Source: Podarcis erhardii | Lineage: Eukaryota | NCBI GenBank assembly: GCA_964252035.1 | Contig: OZ176201.1 | Length of the DNA: 64,000 nucleotides | Direction: 5' to 3' (one strand) | Translations under genes and position numbers: made by a program | Shown here: positions 35,732-47,982 of the stretch, piece after piece | Layout of the letters: each line of letters begins with the position of its first letter | Position numbering within the stretch: position 1 is the first letter of the stretch | Notes under the pieces: generated by a model | Database searches by the model: none | The model's input: only the letters and a program-made list of their open reading frames with translations | Told to the model about the DNA's origin: nothing

Positions 35732-37272
35732 GTAAGTGGTTGGGCCCGTCATTCTTCAGAATGTGTGGCACACCCTGCCCAGGGGTTTTGTTTCAGCTTG
35801 ATGGTATCTTCAAAATAATTTGCTTGCCTTTAATTTAGCACTTAGCCATAGAAGTCTTACTTCATCAGCAGCGCCCTCGTTGTTGCATCAAACTTCTACC
35901 CTGAGAAAAATGAGCATCCCAAGGTGGAGGGTGGTGGGTTTGAGGCTCCAAGCAACTACTTCTCCTTTGGAAACCTTTTCAAAAGCAGCACCCTTCCTGT
36001 GCCTTTGGCAGCTGTGTGTGGCCTGTGGCTAGTCATCGTTCCTAAACTCCCATCAGCTTGTTTATATAACCAAATGAAACCGACCGTCTTGCAATCGTTG
36101 GGTCTTGGGAGACTGGTGGTTTAATAACAGTTTGGAATGCATAATAGGTTTCTTGTCCCCAACACGATCCTGAGGGAGTATGTATCCAGGGTGCTGCCTG
36201 CTTTTCCTGTACTGGGCCTTGCACAAATGAATTACGTAAGGAGTTTTAAGGTACTCCAGCGTAGGAGTTGTGCAGTCCAGAATATAGTCATTGACTTTTG
36301 CCCTCACTTTGCTCTTTTTTCATAATGTTAAGGAGAACTGTTCAGTGAGCACAGTCTTCTACCCCAGAACTTAAGTCTCCGGGTTTGTCTCCACAAGGGT
36401 GGTAGTTAGAGGAGCTTTGTTCAGAATTAACCGCAGATGGGAGTCAAATTCTGTCCTGCTACTCTGATAGATACTTTTTCTTAACTTCAGGGTCGCTGTT
36501 TTCTGGTGCATTTGTGGGGAGGCTTATTCTTAGAGGTGGTTTGCTTCAAGGGAGGAGTCAGAGTTTTAAGGGATGGTTCAGGAGACAAGAATTGGGGGTT
36601 GGCAACCATAGGGGGTGAGGGAGAGAGAACTTCTGAGTAAAGGAATTCTATGCTGACTTCCTCTTCGTTTACTTGTCTGAAAGGTGCTTTTATAAAAGAG
36701 TGCTAAGATTGGAAAACACCCTCTCACATTTGTTTATTGTAACTTGCTCGTTTATTCAACTAAACTGTGCTATTGCAGTACAGCAGCTTTGGGGGACCCA
36801 TGGCTTCCTTCCGTGGATTTCTCAGGGATTTCTCAGTGAGATGACCCCAAGATGACAGCTTCTACACCACAGCTGACATTCCTCTGCAATGCACAGCCAC
36901 GGTAGACTGAGTATGTTGCAGATTGCACACTTGATCTAGTCCAGTGGGCCTGACCAGTGCCCTTCATGGTCTGTGTGCATGACAGTCTTCCCCAATCTGG
37001 TGCCCTCCAGATGTTGCTGAAATACGGTTCCCATTAGCCCTGGGGCTGGTGATGATTGTAGGAAACATCTGGAGAGCACCAGGTTTGGGAACATTTACAG
37101 ATCTATAGTGCCCAGGGATTCCATCATGTTTGGAAAGCTGCTGTGGTAAAGTGCCTATTATGTGAATGATGGGCCAGTTGGGACCTTGTGGGACTTTGGG
37201 AACCCCCATGACCAGGGAGCAAAGGTATACTCGGCACTTGCTGTATCCACACCCTTCTTTCTCTCCTCCCAG

Positions 37273-37532
37273 CAACTTCCATCCTGAAAAGGCAGAAACA
37301 GTTGCGCAGGAAGAATGTGCGCTTCGACCAGGTGACGGTGTACTATTTTGCAAGGCGCCAGGGATTTACCAGCGTGCCCAGCCAAGGGGGCAGCTCCTTG
37401 GGCATGGCGCAGCGCCACAACTCCGTCCGCAGGTACACCCTTGGTGAATTTGCCCAGGAGCAAGAAGTGAACCACCGGGAGATTCTCAGAGAGCACCTCA
37501 AGGAGGAGAAGCTCCATGCCAAGAAAATGAAG
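37273..37532 (+). CDS. CSRNP2: CSRNP2 exon 3
   Basis: PTSILKRQKQLRRKNVRFDQVTVYYFARRQGFTSVPSQGGSSLG...EKLHAKKMK; ctcccag acceptor, AAG|GTAC donor; 260 nt. Confidence 0.97.
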
Positions 37533-40500
37533 GTACTTTTTTGTGGCCATAAGCATCTCTCCCACCGGCTTGCAGAAGGTTTTAGTGTGTGGCTATAACT
37601 CTGTGTAGATTTCGGCACATATAATGGGGGCCATTAGCACAGCAGCCGTGGGAAATTCGCTTTGGGTGCCCATATCTGTTCATGCAGTCTGTAACATTAG
37701 CTGTATTAACCTGTAGGACCCATCTATAAGAAGCATTAAAGACCAAGTGGCCCCTTACGCCCCTTGGCGCATTTGCAGATCTGCTACTGTTCTGCGTCAG
37801 AAAAACATAAAGAAATCTGCTTCTCTGGTTATTTTTTATTTGCCTGATTCTGCTAATCCATGCTAGCTCTGTGCCCCAAACTAAATTCCATGCCCGTCCA
37901 TCCCCCGTAGATGTACACAGGCCCGTCACATGATGCTGGGACACAGCTAGGTGCAGTTGCTAATGCAAAAATGGGAGCACATGAGGCTTTTCCCCTAGGG
38001 GAAAAGAGCCTCAGCTTGCCAAGAGCTTTCCCAACAAGGGCGTGTGGAGAGAGGGTCATTTTAGCAGAAAGTGGCTTGCCAGTGAAAGAAGTGGAGGGAT
38101 TCCCCAGCTTCTTGTGAATGAGGCATCAGGGCAGCACAGCCAGGAGGGGTCTGTGAGTGACTCCAGCCAATTCTCCCCTAGTGACCTGGCACCAGCTTTT
38201 GCACAGCCCCTTCTGCTTTCTGTCAAGCTGATTCATGAGGAGGCTGAGGAGCTGCGGTGAAAGATTCTGGGTCTTGGCCCTACCCCCTGGAAGCCTTGTT
38301 CCAGCCTTCTCCATATCATGCCTCCTGGCTGACTGGCCTGTGTGTCCCTGGGGTTGCCTAGCAACTGGGTTTCCCTTACCAGACTGGATGCTTCTGTCTA
38401 CAAACCTAGAATTTCCAATCAGTCTCTGGCTGCCATGACAACCAGCTGAGCAAAAGAGACAAATACCCTTTCTTATAGTCCTTCCCCTGATTCCTTCCTT
38501 GTGCTGTGCATACTTCCAGTCATGAGGAGGTGAACCTGCTTTGGGGTTGCACTGTTTCAGGGTGCAGGGGTGGGGCTCTCATGATGAAATGCTCATCCAT
38601 GCTAATGCTCATTAGATTGCATTCAGCGTAGCGCTAAGGAGAGTGTTCCATCATCAGCACAAGGATTTCTCCTTGTGCATTGGAATGTTGTTCTCCTCTC
38701 CTGCCCCTGTGCGCCCCCAAAGTCTCTTCAAGGGGTTCTCTCAACCCTCCCAGAGCAGATTTGGGGATGATGTACAGGGGAAAGGAGTGTTGCGCAAGTG
38801 CTAGTATTTTGTTGAATATCAATCACTAAATTATTTTTAATTATTCTTTTTAAAAAGTATTAATAATATTTGTACATCTAGAAAACACACACCTCGGGGA
38901 GACAGGGGCTAGCCTAGAACCCTTTGTCCTCATGTGTTAGTTTTCCGTGGGTGTGGATTTACTTATTTAATTGCATTTGAGCATCTCCCCCCACCTGCAG
39001 CCTCATGGCACATTCCAGAAACAGGCTTGCACACTCATCCATGAGAACTTTGTCTATACTATACAGAACTCCAGTCCCTGCATTGGAAACTAAGGAGCAT
39101 TTGGTTAGGACAGATCAGTAGGGGTAGTGCCAAGGCAGTTGATCAAATACATGGCTGTAGTTATAGGAAGCAAACACAAATGAAATGGAAAGAAATTTTA
39201 CAAAAATACCAATCTGTGGTTCCTGAATTCTGTGGGAAATACACTGTTTGAAGTGCACTCTCCTCAAGCAGGACTTGCATCTGTACACTCCACACAGAAT
39301 CCAGCTTCCAGAAGACCTTGGCTTTTCCATATGTGTTTGGCCAGGCAGCTGAGAGAGGCTTAGAAAAGTATGGGCTATACCTAAAAGTGTGGATTGTGGG
39401 GGTGGAAGTTAACGCAGAGATTTCCAGCAGCCAGAGAGCTAGTTTCACGTGGCCACCTTCCTGCCGCCTATTCCTGGGTCTGTCCCTCCAGCCTCCCCCT
39501 CCCTTCCCCTCCCCAACCCCGCCACCCCTGAAGCATTCCTGTACAAATGCCCATGCCCTCCTCTCTCCCTGTGTCTACCACATCTGTGTGAAAAAAAGAG
39601 AAGAAACTACCGACGCCTTCAAAGCTCTAAATTTCAGAAGCAAGATAACAGCTCCCTTCTCGGTGCAGACCCAGCGGACCCCCAGCCTACGGTTTCTGCA
39701 TTGTCTTCAAACGCCCTGCCTTGAGGATAGGTTCTGACTGATTTCCACATAGCAAGCAGAGAGAGGGGAGAGAGTGTGCATGTCGCCAGCCTTGTTGCTT
39801 TCATCTCCTGCTTCCTCCAAGAATCAGTTAATGGGTGCGTTTTAATATTGTGGCAATCTTGTGTTGTAAAATGGCCTAAGGTCACCCTACATTTTGGCAC
39901 CCTCAGCCAGGAAAGTGGGCTTCCCAAAACCAAGCTTCAGCCGTTGCACCACACTGGCTCTCGCTGCTGCTTCCCATTGAACGTGAGCAGCGAAGCCAAG
40001 TAACGTTACTGCGACCTCAGTCACTCCTGCGATGAGGCTTTGTTGCATCATGTCTCTGAGGAATAGTCCCTCTGTAATCCTGTGGCCGGTCTGATGAAAT
40101 CGCTTCCACTTGCTTTGTTTTGTGCAGGCAGGTCTCTTTGCCATTGACAATGCTTCTGGCTGTGAGCACAGGTCTAGGATTTTGGAGTGGGGAGAGAACA
40201 AAATTTGCTCTGCTCCATACAAGTTGAGGGAGAACAGCTGTCCTCTGTGGAGCTCCCTGACTGAGCTGATGTTCACAGCTCTGGAACTAGCAGTAGTAGT
40301 TAGGCTTTTCTGTGGGCTCATTGTCCTCACGGAAAGAGGTGCGTAGAATTCTGTAGCGTAGGAATTCAATGGTCACTCTTCAAAACCATGCACAAGTACA
40401 AGAACATGCTTAGGAACCCCTCCTGCTTCTAATACTTGGAGATTTGGTTACATTTCCCAAGAAAGTTCACAAAATAAAAATGGCAAAAATCCTCTTGCCT

Positions 40501-41107
40501 CTGTCCCATTGTAATACAATTGCCTTCTTTCTTTCCCCCTTCCCCTTTGCGTCTTGTCGGCATGGTGTCCTTATTATTCTTGTGCCAGAAAAGATGAATT
40601 ATACAGTGGAAGTTCTGATTGCAGATGCATTTGGGAGAAAGTGGTGTCTTATTAGGTGTAAATGGAGCAGAAGAAAGAGATGGTGGTACTTCAAGCAGCA
40701 CTGAACTCGGAGAACAGAAAATGGAGTGCAAAACGAATTGTGCTGCCTTCTCCCAGTCATTTCGGTTAAGTTGTCTTTTTAAAACTTAACCTTGCAAACA
40801 TGAAGGCTAGAAACATTCTCCCTCAGTCCCTCAGGATTCTGTAGAATGCAACACATGCTGCACTCTCCTGTTCTCGACCTTGCCTCATTCCCTTGAGAGA
40901 TGCAAGCACCTGCTTGCTACTCACTCGTTATTTGGGTGCCCTCTGTCTCCCACCTACAGATCAGATTGTAAGCTCCTGCAGGCAGGGACTTTCTGCCTTG
41001 GTTTATATTACTGTGTAAACTACATTGTACATTGAAAGCATTATATAAATAACCCAAGGCTGAAAGGGCGATGTGCATGGATGCGCCAGGGAGCCACAAT
41101 AAAACAT

Positions 41108-41620
41108 AGAATTTTAGAGTTGGAAGGTACTATGAGAGTCATCTAAGGGACGCGGGTAGTGCTGTGATCTAAACAACATAGCCTAGGACCTGCTGATCAG
41201 AAGGTCGGTGGTTGGAATCCCTGTGATGGGGCGAGCTCCCGTTGTTTGGTCCCAGCTCCTGCCCACCTAGCAGTTCGAAAGCACGTCAAAGTGCAAGTAG
41301 ATAAATAGGTACCGCTCCGGTGGGAAGGTAAACGGTGTTTCCGTGCGCTGCTCTGGTTTCTCCAGAAGCTGCTTGGTCATGCTGGCCACATGACCTGGAA
41401 GCTGTCTGCAGACAAACACCGGCTCCCTTGGCCTATAGAGCGAGATGAGCGCGCAGCCCCAGAGTCGTTCACAACTGGACTTTTAACGGTCAGGGGTCCC
41501 TTTACCTTTATGAGAGTCATCTAGTTCAGCCCCCCTGCAAGGCAGGAATCTTTCAGCCAATGTGGGCTTGGACCCATGGCCCTAAGGTTAAGAGTCTCAT
41601 GCTCTGCTGACTAAGCGATT
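41108..41620 (-). mobile_element. tRNA-Lys-derived SINE with CR1-like tail, interrupted by a Sauria SINE
   Basis: Minus strand gcttagtcagcagagcatgagactcttaacc...cccacattggc resembles tRNA-Lys(CTT); tail ...gaactagatgac|...ttccaactctaaaattctatg. Confidence 0.7.
41147..41508 (+). mobile_element. Sauria SINE
   Basis: Full length; 15-bp TSD tatgagagtcatcta at 41131-41145 and 41509-41523. Confidence 0.9.
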
Positions 41621-43041
41621 CCAGTTCATATGCTCTAGTTCTGTTTTGTCCCTTGTTTTGCCCCCTCCACCACCACCACCACTCTGGCCTGTAGTAGAAT
41701 ATGGGCTGTTTCATGTATTAAGCAAACCATTAATTCATAGGTAGATAGATGAGTGGATGGATAGATAGATAGATTTTTTTAAAAATGTATTGAAATATTT
41801 GTATGCTGCTATTTAATTTTTAAAAAATCAAAGCTGCTTACACCAATTGCTGTACTACAATTAAAAACTACACAAAAATTAAAACAGATCACCAGCTATT
41901 ACAAGGACATGTGACAGTGGCATAGGAAACTGCCTTCTAAGCCAGCCTACTGGACCAGTATTGTCTCCCCTGAGAAAAGGAGCTCTCTGGGGTTTCAGGC
42001 AGAAATCTTTCTCATCCCTGGAGATAGAACCTGGGGCCTTCTGTGTGCTGTGCCACTGAGCTGTGACTCTTTCCCGCGGGTTACAGGGAGCTGCAATTGG
42101 ATGTGGCTCTCTGTCAAGGGGTTCACTTTGTGGCAAGCCCTGGTTTTCTCCTACGCCATGCAAGAATGCCCAGGAAGGATGATAGTTTCTTCTCCCTTAA
42201 TTATTATTTCTATATTAATCTGAGCTGGTCTTTTTGACCTAGATAGAGAAGAGGAATAACTCGCAGAGAAATATCTTCCAAAGTCTCTGCCCCCATCTAC
42301 TTTCCAAGAAACCCTAAATTGCTCAATCTAAGCATTCATCTTGCATATCAAATTGCGCCTTGAATGTGCAGGTTTTCAAAGCGTTTGGAATGTATTTACT
42401 TTAAGGAGTGGGGCTTTCTTTGGCTACTAGCCTGAGTGGCTAAGTTTCCCCTCCGCTGAATGTGACTTGCAAAGAACCACAAGGGTAGAGTGCCCTGTTG
42501 CACTCGTATCTCCGTGGTGCACTGAGAAGAGGATGCTGGGCCAGATGGGTCTTTTTGGTGTGATCTAGCAGGGCCGCTCTTACAGTATTAAGTAGCAGTT
42601 GCAAGGGGGGGGGGGAGAACAAAAAGAAGAGCATGGAAGTGGAAGACAGGTGTGTCTTAGGGACTAATGAATGATTGCTGTGGAAGAGGGATAAAGGACT
42701 GTGCATGCAACGGATGGCCTAGCACTTAACTGCCAGAATGCCTGCCAAGCCCTCACCAGACCTGGCCAGGTTTCCCAGCTTCACTCTGAGTGAGACCTGG
42801 GCAATTTTTAATTTTTTTTAAGCCTAAAATTCTTGGGACCCTTGTATTGTGTGCTGCATACCGAGATTTTGCTCTGACTCAAAGATGCGTGGAATAAATT
42901 TTCAAATTTCAACCCAAGGAAATTGCTTGTCTCTCTGCAGATTGCAAAGCGGGATGCAGCTTAGAGAGTGTTGAAGATTAACTTTGCTGGTGTGTGTGTG
43001 TGTGTGTGTGTCTTCTCTCTTCTCCCCCACCCCACCCAAAG

Positions 43042-43338
43042 CTGACCAAGAACGGCACCGTGGAGTCGGAGGAGGCAGATGGGCTGACTCTCGAGGACGT
43101 CTCCGACGACGACATAGATGTAGAGAACGTGGAGGTGGACGACTACTTCTTCCTGCAGCCCCTGCCCACCAAGAGGCGCCGCGCTCTCCTCCGAGCCTCG
43201 GGGGTTCATCGCATCGATGCAGAGGAGAAGCAAGAGCTCCGCGCCATCCGCCTGTCGCGGGAGGAGTGCGGCTGTGACTGCCGGCTGTACTGTGACCCTG
43301 AGGCCTGTGCCTGTAGCCAGGCTGGAATTAAATGCCAG
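43042..43338 (+). CDS. CSRNP2: CSRNP2 exon 4
   Basis: [14 protein letters not shown]...[17 protein letters not shown]...[24 protein letters not shown]; aag| acceptor, CAG|GTCAGT donor; 297 nt. Confidence 0.97.
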
Positions 43339-44712
43339 GTCAGTGGGGAAACCGCTAGGCTTTGGCCTGAATTATACCACGCAGTCTTTGTCTGTCTGTC
43401 TGTCTGTCCCTTTGGTGTTGAAGCGTGTCCATTAAAGGTCCTTGTGGCTGTGTTCGTCCTGAGCTTGCAAGGAGAAACAGTTGTGCTCCCTAGTAAGTCT
43501 GTGTGCCCTGCTAAATTAACACACTGGAAGGTCTTGTGGGGTCTGGTGGTGACACTTGGGCCTTCGCATCTCTGAGGCAGAGAGAGAGGCAGTCTCCCAT
43601 TATCTCAGGAGGAATTTCCCCAAATAGAAGGTAATTGTTTCGGACTCTATTTGGGTTTTGGGGGGAGAGGGGAGGGGGACAGCAAGATGAGGTGGATCTT
43701 TTTTGTAGGGGAGCTGAAAGGGTTCCTAGGATGAGCAGCCCTGGTTGCTATTGAGCGATAACTCTGTCCTTGCAGTCTGCATGGTATCCTCATACTTACT
43801 CTGCATGTGAGGTCGGCTGTCCCTCTGCTCCCCTCTACTGGCTGCCTTCTGAAATGAACAGATTAAGAAAAACACTTTCTCCATAAATTTGCAGCATTTG
43901 TGCAATTCTGAGCACATGTTCATGTTTCATTATTCTGCTCCTCCTATTCCTGTGGGGAGCATCAGGGAGAACCATTCAGGATCCACCAGAAATCTTGGCT
44001 CTGTTTCCACCCCAACCACCTTCTGAAACTTGTAGTGTTGCCTGTGCTCTTTCACGCTGTCTTTGCATCCATTAGAGCTACAAACTTGCGTTCTAATTTT
44101 TATATTTGCTGAAATGAAAGCTGAGATTCTCAGAATGCTGACCTTCTCACCCAGTACCAAATTCTATGTTTTCCCTGTGTAGAATTGGTCTTGCATGTTG
44201 TCCTTCTGTTCTAACACAGTCCTTCAGATTGTGTGCATTCTGTCCCTTCCTTAATATTTTCCCCCACATGTGCATCCTTTTCTTCTGCTGCTGCTGGCAG
44301 CTTTTTATGTGATCAATGTGCAGTTTTGGTCCGGGGGGAGGTCTCAGATATTTTCCCCTCAGTGATGTGCTTCCAATGGAAGGGTATGTAATTCCCAAGC
44401 ACTAAAGGTGCAGCATTTGATCACTTGTCTTGGCCAGCGGACCTGGTTTTTTTCTTTCAGCTTCTAGAGATTGGCTTGGGGAGAGGGCTGCAGAATGGGG
44501 CTGCATGCAGACCTGGCTGTCCTATTGCTTACCAGCGGCAGCCTGCATGAATTTTGCATGCTCCTCCCGACAGGAACTTGGCTTCTGTTTCCTCCCAGCC
44601 TCCCCCCCCCCCCAAAAAAAAACCACCTTGGCTAGGCTTGCATCATCCGCTCCCTGCCGCAGTGCTCTCCCGCTGGGCACAGATTCACTGTCCCTCAACT
44701 TCCCCCACCCAG

Positions 44713-45615
44713 GTGGACCGAATGTCCTTCCCGTGCGGCTGTTCCAGAGATGGCTGTGGGAACATGGCGGGGCGCATTGAATTCAATCCCATCCGGGTGC
44801 GGACTCATTACCTCCACACCATTATGAAACTGGAGCTGGAGAATAAGCGGCAGGTGAGCCGCCCTCAGACTCTGGAGGAGGAGGCCACCGCCCCTCCCAG
44901 CTCCAGCGGCGATTGGCTGGGGGCCCAGACCCCCGAGACGCAGGACTTCCAGGAGTTCATGGCGGAGAACGAAACGGCAGTCATGCACCTGCAGACAGCC
45001 GAGGAGCTGGAGCGGCTGAAGGCCGAGGAAGACTCCAGCAGCGGCTCCAGCGTGGAGAGCCTGGGGGTGTGCATTTTGGAAGAGCCCCTGGCGGTCCCCG
45101 ACGGGTTGTGCCCAAGCCTGGCCACGCCCATCCTCATCCAAGCCCAGCTGCCCCTGGGCTCCTCCGTTCTGTGCTTTACGGACAGCTCTGAGCAAGCCAG
45201 CTCTGCCGAGGGCAGCCAAGCCTACTTGAACAATGGGCCGGTTGTGTACTATCAGGTCGACCAAAGGTCGATGCTGGGCGTGAAGGGCGAGAGCAGTGCC
45301 GAGGAGCCCGACATTCCCCCTCGCTACCCAGACGAGAAGGAGCTGAGCGTCTACTCCGTCCCGGTGACCTCGCTGGTGCCTTGTGCCAGAGCCGCCGTCT
45401 CTGGCAGGGCGGAAGGGGGCAAAGCAGCCCTGTCCCCGGAGCCCCTCGCTCCTGAAAGCTGCCTGCCTGAGGTTCCTCCTCCGCCAAGCCTGCCATTCCA
45501 CACAAACGTGCCGCAGGACAGTTTGCGGCCCCAGAGTTTGGGGCAGTCTCCGGAGAGGGCCTGTGAGCTGCCCTCGTCGGAGGAGTGCTCCCTGGGACCT
45601 GCTCTGGCCGTGTGA
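44713..45615 (+). CDS. CSRNP2: CSRNP2 last exon CDS
   Basis: [43 protein letters not shown]...LGPALAV*; acceptor cacccag|; total CDS 1611 nt. Confidence 0.97.
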   Translation: MDRMSFPCGCSRDGCGNMAGRIEFNPIRVRTHYLHTIMKLELENKRQVSRPQTLEEEATAPPSSSGDWLGAQTPETQDFQEFMAENETAVMHLQTAEELERLKAEEDSSSGSSVESLGVCILEEPLAVPDGLCPSLATPILIQAQLPLGSSVLCFTDSSEQASSAEGSQAYLNNGPVVYYQVDQRSMLGVKGESSAEEPDIPPRYPDEKELSVYSVPVTSLVPCARAAVSGRAEGGKAALSPEPLAPESCLPEVPPPPSLPFHTNVPQDSLRPQSLGQSPERACELPSSEECSLGPALAV

Positions 45616-47407
45616 CCCACCCAACCCACTGTAGCTCTTAATCTTGGATGTCTATTTATTGGCAGAGAATTTATCTAACGGCCGCAGGCCCCCGGGGGGA
45701 TTATTTAACGTGGGGTGTTGGGAGGGGGGGAGCGTTGAAAGAGGGACTGCTTTGTACAGGCTCACTATGAAACGAACTACACCCAGGGGGTCAGGGGTGT
45801 CTTCTGCGCATTGGGCGGCCTCTTAACACGGAAGCGCCTGGACCGCGGACAGGAAACGGTCTAATTGGAGCTGCTGCAGGGCAGGCACATTATCCCCCAC
45901 CCTGCAAGGACCAAACGTGAATGTGTGTCATGGAAGCAATAGAGTGGAGCTGCCTTTTCTCCCAGAGCGCTCAATGGAGTTTTTTTGGGGGGAAAGGGGG
46001 TAGAAGAGGACATTGCTACTGCTATGGAATATCACAAATCCATACATGCTGTGGAATCTCTCTCTCTGGCCCCCAGTGCAGCTGCCTCCACCTGTACCAT
46101 TTTGTCATCTTTCAGTGCTCTGTCTTCTTGGAACTGTGACCTCCTTTAATCTGCTTGAACTGCTCTGGCCAGTTGCACAGCTTTAGGCTCTTACAAACTC
46201 TTATTTATGTGACATTTTTGCAGCCCTTCTTTCCCTCCCTAGGAGAACTTTTCTTCTCCCCCCTCCCCCCATTTTAAATTCCATATGGATTAACGCTGAC
46301 CGTGACTGGTTACACCTGCAGTTTGGCATGCAACTGTCCATACAGAACCATTGGCCTCTGGGATCCTCCTTGCCCAGTGGCTTCACCCCAAGCAGGCTTA
46401 CTCTCCGTCTTGCTGGCTCTGAATGGGATCCGGTGAGATCAATCAAGTTCCGTTGTTTCTTTCTTAACTAACAAACAAAATGTGCTGAATGTTTACTGGG
46501 ACTTCCTATGACACTCCAATGTCCATTCTGAGCTGGGGTTTTCTGCCTCTATGATGTTAATCCCTTCTGCGATCTGATTCTTGAACACTCAAGGCACTTG
46601 GAGCGGGGGGCGGTTTGATCTTCTCAGTGGAGGTAAAGATCTGACCTTTTGGGTGGTCAGGGAGGTCCAGCAGAGTAATCATCCTTCTGCCCAGTCGTTC
46701 CACTAATTTTTCCCCCCTCCTTCCCGTCAGCTGTTTCAAGACGTTCCATTTTAATTGCACGCTAGTTTGGAGGTGGATCTGAGAGCTTTATATACTCCCT
46801 TGCTACTTGCTAGCACCCTAGCCTTCTGGATGAATCTGAATATGCAATGCAACTGTAGCTGGCTGGGTTGCGAGCACAAGGGGTTAGGGTGCAATAGGGT
46901 GGCAGTGGAGAAGTCCTCCAAGCTGTATATGCATCTCCTGAGATCTGCATTGCAAGGAAGGGGTGCAATTAGCTGTTCTTATTAGTCCTAGAATGAAAGG
47001 GACGAGGTGGGGTATCCTTAGAGCTGCCACATTCCCCCTTGTCCTACTGGTGGTTCTCTCACTGCAAGATAACAAAAGCACTTTCTTTATCCACCCTCCC
47101 TGGCATTCTTCTCCCCTAGTTTTTTTGTAGTAACAGATTATTGCCTTCCTCTGCAGTTCACTGTTCTGGGTCAGCTTGGCTATCACCATGGCTTCCGTGT
47201 GGTGTGCCTTTAGATCAGGAGTGGCTTACTTAATGGCATTCCAGATGTTGCTGGACTCCAGCTCCCATCATCCCTGACCATTGGCTAAGCTCACTGTAAA
47301 TGATAGGAATGGTAGTCCCAGCAGCATCTGAGACCCAAGGTTGAAGAACACTGCTCTAAATACACCAGGTTAGCTCAAAACCAGCACTGAACTTTCCCTA
47401 CTTTATA

Positions 47408-47720
47408 CAGTGGTGCCCCGCAAGACGAATGCCTCGCAAGACGAAAAACCCGCTAGACGAAGGGTTTTTCCGTTTTGGAGGCGCTTCGCAAAACGAATTT
47501 TTCTATGGGCTTGCTTCGCAAGACGAAATGTCTTGCGAGTTTTTCCGACTCTCCCCCCCCCCTTTTTCTAAGCTGCTAAGCTGCTTATCCGCTAAGCCGC
47601 TAAAAGCCGCTAATAGCGCTAATCCGCTAAGCCGTCAATGGGCTTGCTTCGCAAGACGAAAAAACCGCTAGACGAAGAGAATCGCGGAACGGGTTCTTTT
47701 CGTCTTGCAAGGCACCACTG
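47408..47720 (-). mobile_element. Short member of the mariner family of copies A/B (copy C)
   Basis: Same TIR and subterminal arms in reverse orientation; TA TSD; different (gctaa)-repeat interior. Confidence 0.85.
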
Positions 47721-47850
47721 TAATCTCTTTCCTTCCCCAGACTGTTCATGACCTCCGTTACTTGCGTAAGCCCTTTGGGATATTTAATTTCCTGCCATTC
47801 ATTGCAGCCTTCCCCATTCCATTGCACTCTGGATGTTTTTCCACTACAAC

Positions 47851-47982
47851 CAGTGCTATTTTTCTAGAAAAAGAGGTGCCGGAACTCACCATGAACGCCT
47901 CCCTTGTTACAACAGCAATGGCGCCCACCTGGGAGGTGCCGGAACTGAGTTCCACCAAGTTCCAGCTGGGGAAAAAGCCCTG
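47851..47982. mobile_element. hAT MITE nested in a palindromic MITE
   Basis: Perfect 8-bp TSD actacaac at 47843-47850 and 47983-47990, derived from the host's actacaactcccatcatcc motif. Confidence 0.85.

Noticed and set aside
44554-44712. N-terminal extension of the 353-aa ORF (also 42994-43041 and 43339-43575)
   Set aside because: Intronic read-through; similarity to CSRNP2 starts and stops exactly at canonical splice sites.
44695-45624. 309-aa antisense ORF
   Set aside because: Mirror of the GC-rich CSRNP2 last exon; no recognisable homology, promoter or independent splice signals.
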